Below, one piece after another: positions 54,070 through 64,000 of a stretch of DNA of 64,000 nucleotides. The first letter of the stretch is position 1, and every line of letters begins with the position of its first letter. A program made the position numbers and the translations under genes. This DNA comes from Eledone cirrhosa (Eukaryota), in NCBI GenBank assembly GCA_964016885.1, contig OZ024743.1, positions 301,506,001 to 301,570,000 on the forward strand, given 5' to 3'. The notes under the pieces are model-generated. The model had not been told where the DNA came from, ran no database searches, and saw only the letters and a list, made by a program, of their open reading frames with translations.

Positions 54070-56352
54070 ATGGAAAAACATCATTGTGGTATGTCCTTAA
54101 AAAACATACCCATTCAGGGTAAAAAAGAATACATTCTTGGTATGATACAAAGGACCAACGAATTTATTCGGCGGATTAGATGGAGGGCCTTCCACTTCGA
54201 TAGGAAAAGGATTACACAAACTTCCGACACCACCAACGATAAGTTTGGTTTCAAATCCTACAAAAACCCACCCTCTAACCCTCTTTTGGATTCTTTCGAA
54301 CAGGACTTAATGAAAATGATAACCGGAATCAAATTTACAAACGGAAGGAAAAACGAACTGCAACGAGATATTAAAACTCTACTCGACAACCTGAGGAATA
54401 CCAAAGGAATTATCATAAAGGCAGACAAAACATCGAATCTATACACCCTGGATGTAGAAACATATAATCATTTTATACGTAAGGAATTACGTAGGAAGTA
54501 CAAAAAAACAAACGCAACTACACTAACCAACATTAATAACGCAGCATGTGATATTGTTAAGAAACTGAAAATGGACGACAGAACGGTACCCCTATCTCTA
54601 GCTACACCGACTTTTAATGTGAAGGACCATAAGGATAACTTCGATACTAACCCTAAAATTAGATTAATATGTCCTTCAAAGTCCGATATAGGTAGAATCA
54701 GTAAGTACATATTAGATCGTATTATCCCCCAAGTTAAGGCTAAGCTAGATATTAAATTATGGGGTAATACTCAACAGGCAATAATATGGTTCAATAACAT
54801 TAGGGACAAAAACAAATCTTCTTTTATTCAATTCGATATAGATGAATACTATTCCTCTATTTCACCCGAAACCCTGCATAAGGCCCTCTCTTTTTCTAAG
54901 ACTAACTCGGACCTCACAAACGAGGAAATTAATATTATACTTGAAGCTAGACGCACAGTAGTGCACTTTGAAAATAGTTATTGGGTCCGCAGAGATAGAC
55001 CCTCGGAATTCTACATTACGATGGGTTCTAATGATTCGGCGGAGGTCACGGATCTGGTTGGGATCTATATAGCCCACAGACTCCAGAGCGAATTTAGAGA
55101 CCTCCACGGCGGAATATACCGCGACGATACACTTCTATTAGTCAAGAATATGAACAAACAAAACCTAGAAAGGCGACGTAAAAACATTAGGAAACTTTTC
55201 TTAGAACTAGGGCTTAATATTACCTTCGAACAAAATCTTAAGGTGGTCAACTTCTTGGATGTCACCTTCAACCTTAATAACGGTAATATAGAGCCATTTC
55301 ACAAACTTAATGAAAATCTCAAGTACGTTAATGTAAAATCGAACCATCCCCATTCCATTATTAAATCTATCCCTAAAAATATACCCACAAGGATCTCCCG
55401 ACTGTAGTCTAATTTGCAGACCTTCAACGAGCATGCTGAATATTATAATGACGCACTTAGAAAAGCTGGTTACTGCGAGAAAATAGAATATCTAGACGAT
55501 AACCACATAAGTACTATGAATAAAACACATCTAAGTCGAACTAGTATTGCACCACACACACACATCAATAGGCATACTAATAGGTGCAAACCAGCAAATA
55601 GAGTCAGACGTAGAGAGTACATATGGTATAACCCCGTGTACAATACTTCAATTAGCACTAAGATTATCTCACAATCCTATACACTAATCAATAAACACTT
55701 TACAACTTCACATAAATACTATAAAATCTTTAACTCGCGTACAATTAGACTCTCATACTCCACTGCACCTAACATAGAACAACTAATTAAAAAACTCAAC
55801 TCAGCAATACTAAATAAGTACATCCCTAATGACTCAGCGCACCAGCATTGCAACGTACAACGCACTAACACGCAACTACAACCCCACCAAACTATCCAGG
55901 ATTCTATTGCAAAACATAAAACTAATTGTAACTGCACCAAACCAGGTACGTGCCCACTGAATAACCAGTGCCTAGCACGCAATATTGTCTACCGATGTAC
56001 AATAAATTCCGGAACCAACAGATGGTATTACGTCGGATGTACCGCAACTTCTTTCAAGGCTCGCCTATACCAACATCGATCTTCGATCAGGCACGAGAAA
56101 ATGCGCTCCGTAACAACCCTCGCCGATAAAGCCTGGCAGCTCCGGAGGAGCAATCAAGCATTCTCCCTTGATCGGCAAATTATTGCAGCTGCGCCTGCAT
56201 ATAAGCAAAATCATCGATTCTGCAAATTATGCAATTTGGAGATATACTGCATTTTAACGTCGGTAAACAAACGTTTGAACAGCAAAATTGAACGTTCACT
56301 ATACTGTAACCATCGTTTGAAAACGACTTTTTCTTTTTTTAAATGCATATAA
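54070..56352 (+). CDS. PLE polyprotein (reverse transcriptase + C-terminal GIY-YIG endonuclease), ~760 codons, one in-frame TAG at 55405-55407
   Basis: ORFs 54070-55407 and 55414-56352 share a frame. SLKNIP, RRIRWRA, KADKT, IQFDIDEYYSSI, ITMGS, GIYRDD, NFLDVTFNL, IWYNP, CNC-x5-CPLNNQC, IVY..YVG.T..FK.R..H, CKLCNLE, LNSKIE..CNH. Confidence 0.93.
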
Positions 56353-56763
56353 TGTTACCTTTTTACACCACCGTTTGCAAATATCTGTTTTATACGTTTA
56401 TACACAAGATATGGCTTTTCTATAATAATAGTACTAAACACTGTTTTCTGGACCCCTTTAGAAATACCCTGCTACTATAATATCCCCAACAACTTCTCTG
56501 TAACTCTGTACCACTTTGACCCCTTTAACTAAATTTTGTCCGGACAACACCAATAGAAGAATTTACTTCCCCCGCCAACCCTAACACGCCTCATTAAGCT
56601 AACTGCTGCCAAAACATTCTCTCTTTACAATCTCTACTAGTCTGAGAGTCTTAAATCCTAGGACTCCCTCCACCTTACTCACTTCCCTCTTCCCCTTCTC
56701 TTCCTACCTCCTTCTTTCCCTTTTATCTAGTGTATAAAATATTTTCATATCATTCCAATACAA

Positions 56764-56880
56764 AGGTCTGACGACATGGTATGTTTGCTTACAGTGTACC
56801 TTCGGTTTATGATAATATTTTTATATTATTTAAATAGCGAGGTATAGGTAACCTATACACTATAGAAACAATTGTTACCT
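56764..56880 (+). ncRNA. Type I hammerhead motif with 90-nt stem II (3' pLTR)
   Basis: Same layout as 53746-53862. Confidence 0.8.
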
Positions 56881-57034
56881 AATAAATTCTTGATACCCGC
56901 ATTTCCATTTCATAAACTTCTTCTCCATATTTTCTCCGGATTTTAAAACACACTTTATTATACGTTGAGCAATCTCCGACGTCTGTTGACTCCATCCAAT
57001 GCAACTACTTAGTAACATTGGAATACAAATTTAC

Positions 57035-57075
<41 letters not shown>

Positions 57076-57277
57076 CTTTATATGTAATAATCTCCCATTA
57101 GGTTGAGATACAAATTTGGCTGTGATGTGCTGTGCTTTCTAGCAAGATGCCACCAGCCGTAAGCAACTACCACATCCCTTCCAACCTGACCGCTGCTATG
57201 TCACTATTCTTAGCTATTTTTGAATGAATACTTGGTGCGATCACTTTGGAAAATTTAATGTCTAGATTAGAGCAAAA

Positions 57278-57350
57278 CTCCTGAAGAGTCCGATGTTCGA
57301 GTTTCCAAAGTTACTGGAAATCTCAAAATGCGGACGAATCCATGGTAGAG
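57278..57350 (+). ncRNA. Type I hammerhead motif, 48-nt stem II, GAAA mutated to GAAT
   Basis: ctc-CTGAAGA-gtccg..cggac-GAAT-ccatgg-TA-gag. Confidence 0.65.
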
Positions 57351-57689
57351 GTACATAAATGTATTCTATTTTCTCCTAGTTTATTTTACACCTATTTCTG
57401 TTTAATTGACTGTATCTAGGCGATTACGCTGTAGAAATATTCGATAAATATTCCGTCGCGGCCGACGCCAAGGGCTAGTTTCGGTTATTTGTTGGAGATT
57501 TCTTCATAGGAGCCTTATTCTTATAGCCTGGTCTATTCGATTTTTTATATAGTTAATTATGGTAATTGGGAGAGGAAATGGTATATATTTTATCTGGTGA
57601 TTTTACAGACATGTTTTATGATATATAGCTCTGATTATTTAATTTATTAACTTTTCATTTAGTCACAAAGTGACCCGCTGCAGAACACG

Positions 57690-57774
<85 letters not shown>

Positions 57775-57970
57775 TTTATGTAATAATCTCCCATTATGTT
57801 GAGATACAAATTTGGCTGTATCGTGCTGTGCTTTCTAGCAAAATGCCACTAGCCGTAAGCAGCTACCACATCCCTTCCAACCTGACCGCTGCTACGTCAC
57901 GATTCTAGCCATTTTTGAATGAATTCTTGGCGCGATCAATTTGGAAAATCTAATGTCTAGCTTAGAGCAA

Positions 57971-58047
57971 ACTTCCTGAAGAGTCCGATGCTCGAGTTTC
58001 CAAAGTTACTGGAAATCTCAAAATGAGGACGAAACCATGGTAGAGGT
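57971..58047 (+). ncRNA. Type I hammerhead ribozyme motif, 48-nt stem II
   Basis: acttc-CTGAAGA-gtcc..gagtttcca aagttac tggaaatctc..ggac-GAAA-ccatgg-TA-gaggt. Confidence 0.88.
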
Positions 58048-58312
58048 GAATACATTTATTCTATTTTCTCCTAGTTTATTTTACACTTAATTCTGTTTAA
58101 TTGACTGTATCTGGGCGATTACACTGTCGAAATATTCGATAAATATTCCGTCGCGGCCGACGCGAAAAGCTGGTTTCGGTTATTTCTTGGAGATTTCCTC
58201 ATAGAAGCCTTATTCTTATAGCCTGGTCAATTCCATTTGTTATATAGTTAATTATGCTAATTGGGAGAGGAAATGGTATATATTTTATCTGTGATTCTAT
58301 AGACATGTTTTA

Positions 58313-58383
<71 letters not shown>

Positions 58384-58944
58384 TAAGTTATTCCGGGTTG
58401 AATCGGAGGTAACCACATTAAGTAAGGTACTAAATACATAGCAGAGTATAAAAGTTTTAATATAGATGAGATTGTACAGGACTAGAAGTGTTTCATTCTT
58501 TAGAAATCATCAGGAATCTGGCTTTCTAAAATAAATATAGTGGTATTTATATATTTTCAGGTGGTAGGAGAGGGTTGGAAGTGGGATGGCTGGAGGTCAT
58601 TGGTTGAAAGAAAACGGAATTAATTAAAAGCAAATTCTTTATATCTATAGTTTATATTTAGAGTGACAAAGGCAGAAAGGATTCTATAAACAGGTTTAGA
58701 ATGGGGTGCCACTCCTTATTTTTAAGTTTCTCTTAAGCTAGCAATGCCTATATTTCAGGTGTCTATAAGGTGGTTGTAGTTCGGTCATGATTGATGGATT
58801 TTAAGAAAAGGGAAATTCTTTAAAAGCCAATTCTTTAAAACTCTACTTAGAGTGACAAAGGCCAAGAGAATTCTATAAACCGATTCAAAATATGGTGTAT
58901 ATCATGATTGTCATATTTCTCTTAAGCTATATTCCAGGTTTCAA

Positions 58945-59893
<949 letters not shown>

Positions 59894-59932
59894 TTGCGAG
59901 GTTTTTTTATATGAAATCGTGTGTCGAAACAG

Positions 59933-61111
59933 ATATTGTTATATTTGGGGAGGGTCATATTTGCGTAATATTGCCAGAATTAATAACAGAACACACTCAC
60001 TGTTTGGTTGGTTTTCGCTTCTCGCTGTCTTTTATATATATATATCTGCGATCTAACTTACTCGGTCCTCAATGTTGCCATTGACTGACCGGCGGTCAAA
60101 AATAATACAGATACAATATAGACAAACACATATATATATAGTTTACATAAATCTTTCGTTGCACATCTGCAACATCGTCAGTGGTGTTATATTCATTGTT
60201 CCTCCTGTTGTGTTGTATGTCTACGCCATTTTTTTTTTTGTTCAGTCTGTCTATATATTTATTTATTTATTTGCTTGTTTGTTTATCTTATTTTATTTTG
60301 TCTTCTTTGCGCATGCGTTTGCGTGTGTGTATAGTGTTATGTGTGATGTGTGACTAGTGTGTATAGTGTTGTGTCTGCTGGGTGACTAGTGTGTGTTTAT
60401 GTGCTTGTGTATGTATTTATTTATCTTATTTTATTTAATTTAATTTACTTATTTATTTATACTTCTCTTAGGTCAGTGTTGTTTGTTTGGGTGTTGTTGT
60501 TGTTCCACTCATTCTTTCTGTTTAGCTAAACAGAAAGAATGAGTGGAACAACAACAACACCCAAACAAACAACACTGACCTAAGAGAAGTATAAATAAAT
60601 AAGTAAATTAAATTAAATAAAATAAGATAAATAAATACATACACAAGCACATAAACACACACTAGTCACCCAGCAGACACAACACTATACACACTAGTCA
60701 CACATCACACATAACACTATACACACACGCAAACGCATGCGCAAAGAAGACAAAATAAAATAAGATAAACAAACAAGCAAATAAATAAATAAATATATAG
60801 ACAGACTGAACAAAAAAAAAAAATGGCGTAGACATACAACACAACAGGAGGAACAATGAATATAACACCACTGACGATGTTGCAGATGTGCAACGAAAGA
60901 TTTATGTAAACTATATATATATGTGTTTGTCTATATTGTATCTGTATTATTTTTGACCGCCGGTCAGTCAATGGCAACATTGAGGACCGAGTAAGTTAGA
61001 TCGCAGATATATATATATAAAAGACAGCGAGAAGCGAAAACCAACCAAACAGTGAGTGTGTTCTGTTATTAATTCTGGCAATATTACGCAAATATGACCC
61101 TCCCCAAATAT

Positions 61112-61119
<8 letters not shown>
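59933..61119. repeat. Spacer-less near-perfect palindrome, ~593-bp arms, centre 60525/60526
   Basis: Centre ctgtttag|ctaaacag. The only difference I noticed is a T11 versus A12 homopolymer. Same family as 37258-37675. Confidence 0.95.
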
Positions 61120-61162
<43 letters not shown>

Positions 61163-61181
61163 TATATATATATATACATAT

Positions 61182-61301
<120 letters not shown>

Positions 61302-61669
61302 GAGAGAAAAGATGAATATTAAATGAAAGTGTTTTTATAAAGGAATTTATTAGGTATTGACATATGTTTCTCTAACAGACGGAATACCTATTATTGCTGC
61401 TTGCGTAATCATATAATGTTACCAAGTATTCGATCGCAAATGTATAATCAGTTGTCACTTCTTCAGAGCTATTGGGTAAATTGGAAAAAAATCAGAAACA
61501 TTAAAGTAGTTATATTAGTTGTAAGAAAGGAAGAAGTGAAGGGATAGTATATGACAGATGGCAATTCAATTTGCTTGTAAACAAGTATATAGAAGGTTTT
61601 TAATGAGAATACAATGAGTATATGGCTTATTTTATCTAAATAAGAATTTTTTGGAGTGCCTATTTTAAT

Positions 61670-64000
61670 CTTTACATCCAAAACTGTCAACCGCTCTCTC
61701 CACACTTCTGATCTTCTCTATCAGTGCCTCCTCTCTGACCTTAGTGTAAGCGGTACAGAGCTCTTCCCTCATCACCTCCACAGTCTCCATCCTCTCCTCC
61801 GTACGATCAGCATAGAATTGGTCCCTGGCAGCTTTCAGGTGTTCTCTGGCTGCACACACTTTTGGGTTTGCAGAGCTGACGTGGTTCCCTTTGTTCTTTT
61901 TCCTCGGCACCATGGTTTCACTTGCTTTAGCCACTGCATTTGTGAAATGCCGGTACCTCCTCGTCACACTCTCCTCAGTCCATCCAATCTCTCTCTCCTC
62001 TGACTCTCCACACAGAGCAGTAAACCTGTTTCTCACTTCCACTGTGAACCTCTCCTGTAGCATATCATCTTCCTTGAAAGCTCCCCAGTCATAGATTGTT
62101 CTCCGGGGCTGAGCCTTGCTCTTTCTTAAGCTCACGCGGACCTCACTCATAACAAGCCGGTGGTCACTACCCAGTGTACTGAAATAGCTGTATGGTTCCG
62201 TGTTCAGAACACTATTCCGCCACTTTTTCCTCACCAGAATGAAATCAATCTGGGACATGGACAGGTGCATATCTGAGATGTAGGTCCACATCTTCCCCAG
62301 ATTATTCCTAAACCTTAGGTTGGTCGCCATCAAGTTCGCCTCCAGCAGGGTGTCTCTCAGTAGTCTTCCATTTCGGTTGGTGTTGTTATGGAAGTACCAG
62401 CAAGGATCTTCACTGCCCTCCTTACTCAGATGTGCATTGAAGTCCCCCAAAACAAGCAGGATATTGTGTGCCTGAGTGGTGTTGACAGCTCTACAGACCT
62501 CCTCATGGAACTCCTCGGCATTCACATCACTGTCCCCCTCGGTTGGACTATAGTCTGAGATGACTGTCAGTCTTGGGTTTCCATTGAAGGTCACCCTCAA
62601 CACTCGCGGGGAGATAGGCATTATTTCCCTCACCTATCTGTATACCACTCTCCTCAAACAGCTGGATAATCATCAACGAGATCACAGGGCGGAAGAAAAG
62701 GTGTTCGAGTCAGATCCAGGGTACGGGGCCCGAGGATAGGAAGAGGAAATGGCTAGATCATTTTAGGACCCTACTAGGAGAGCCACCCTCCACAGCCCAG
62801 AGCACTGGGGAGATCAGGCGGCTGTTTGAGGAACTGGATGTTGAGACAGAGCCCTTCACCAGAGAGGAGCTTCAGAGAGCCAAGAAGAAGATCAAGGAGG
62901 GCAAGGCTCATGGAGAAGATGGAGTGGCATCAGAGGTGATGAAGAGGTGTGATTTTGATGATATCATCCTGGGGTTCTGTAACGGGTCACTGGAGAAAGG
63001 AGTTGCCCCGAATCAGTGGAGGATCAGTAACATCGTCCCAGTGCCAAAGAAGGGAGATCTCTCTAACACCAACAACTACCGGGGGATCTCACTGACGTCA
63101 CTTGTGGCAAAGACCCTCAACAGGATGATTCTTAACAGGATCCAGTCTGAGATGGAGAAGAAGCTCAGGGACAACCAGAACGGCTTCAGAGAGGGTAGAT
63201 CAACCACCAGTCACATCCTGATGCTGAGGAGGATATTAGAGGGAGCTAGAGCAAAGTGCCTTCCTGCGGTCATGGTTTTCATTGACTTTAGGAAGGCCTT
63301 TGATTCTGTGGACCGTTACTGCCTGATGAACATCTTACAGGCTTATGGAATCCCCAAGAGGATAGTGGACCTGATATCACTGCTCTACACCAACACCAAA
63401 GCCCAAGTCATTACACCTGATGGGATGACAGAGTTATTTGAGATACTGGCTGGAGTGCTCCAGGGAGATACATTGGCTCCCTACCTTTTTATCATCGTAG
63501 TGGACTATTGTATGCGCCTTGCACTGGAGAAACACCAGGACTCTGGCTTTACTGTAGCACCGGCTCAGAGCAGGAGAGTTGGGGCGAAAAAGGTATCGGA
63601 TGCTGAATTTGCCGACGACATAGTTTTGGTGACAAATACAGTGAAGGAGGCAGAGGATTTGATGCGGGAGGTTGAGACTGTGTCGATGAGTGTGGGGCTG
63701 AGAATGAATGAGACTAAAACAAAATATCTGGTAGAGAATGTTGAGAAGCCAGAGGGGTTCACTAATGTAGGCGGGAAGCCGCTGGAATTGGTTGAGGACT
63801 TCCTGTATTTGGGAGCAAAGATTGGGAATACGGAAGATGATGTGGTTGAGAGGAAGAGCAAGGCCTGGGTGGCGTGTCACAGCTTGAGATCGGTGTGGAA
63901 GTCGGACCTTCGTAGAGACCTGAAAATCCGCATATTCATTGCTGTAGTGGAGTCTGTGCTATTGTATGGGTCTGAGACTTGGACACTGACCAATAGACTC
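61670..64000 (+). mobile_element. Second RTE-clade LINE copy with inverted 5' part (61670-62659 minus, APE; 62660-64000 plus, RT), running off the window
   Basis: Highly similar to 9352-11830. LGDFNA and SDHRLV on minus. NYRGISL, DFRKAFDSV, GVLQGDTLAP, EFADD and FLYLG on plus. Confidence 0.95.

Larger units (their letters stand above)
53256..57039 (+). mobile_element. Near-intact Naiad-type Penelope-like element (family 1) with ~700-bp direct pLTRs and short inverted 5' tail, inserted in (TA)n
   Basis: 53321-54021 repeats at 56339-57039. 53256-53316 is the inverse of ~53852-53909. Single RT + GIY-YIG ORF between the repeats. Confidence 0.96.
57072..58316 (+). mobile_element. Two tandem non-coding hammerhead-bearing units (~620 bp) separated by (TA)n
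   Basis: 57072-57692 and 57768-58316 are colinear. No ORF. Confidence 0.85.

Noticed and set aside
58476-58518. Minus-strand CTGATGA-tttctaaagaat-GAAA
   Set aside because: No convincing stem I.

Overview
AT-rich, microsatellite-saturated animal genomic DNA. The SINE and LINE types resemble octopod cephalopod repeats (inference). I see no host gene, and nearly all short ORFs in the track are translations of (TA)n, (CA)n or (GA)n. The window is a nest of retroelements. It holds three divergent Naiad-type Penelope-like elements (PLEs), one nearly intact at 53256-57039, plus Neptune-type and other PLE remnants. It also holds two copies of an RTE-clade LINE (one with a twin-priming-type 5' inversion), a CRE-type endonuclease fragment, and Meta-type and CORE-type tRNA SINEs. 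The main hidden signal is a dense, diverse set of type I hammerhead ribozyme motifs (about ten sequence families, roughly 20 copies). They include forms with 48-99 nt or branched stem II, and two families with a fixed U3-A8 core swap, one also with GCAA for GAAA. They lie in PLE pseudo-LTRs and in ORF-less, retrozyme-like units. Many elements are fold-back duplications inside (TA)n, with breakpoints often in the ribozyme itself. All RNA folds were read by eye, catalytic activity is untested, and element boundaries are approximate.
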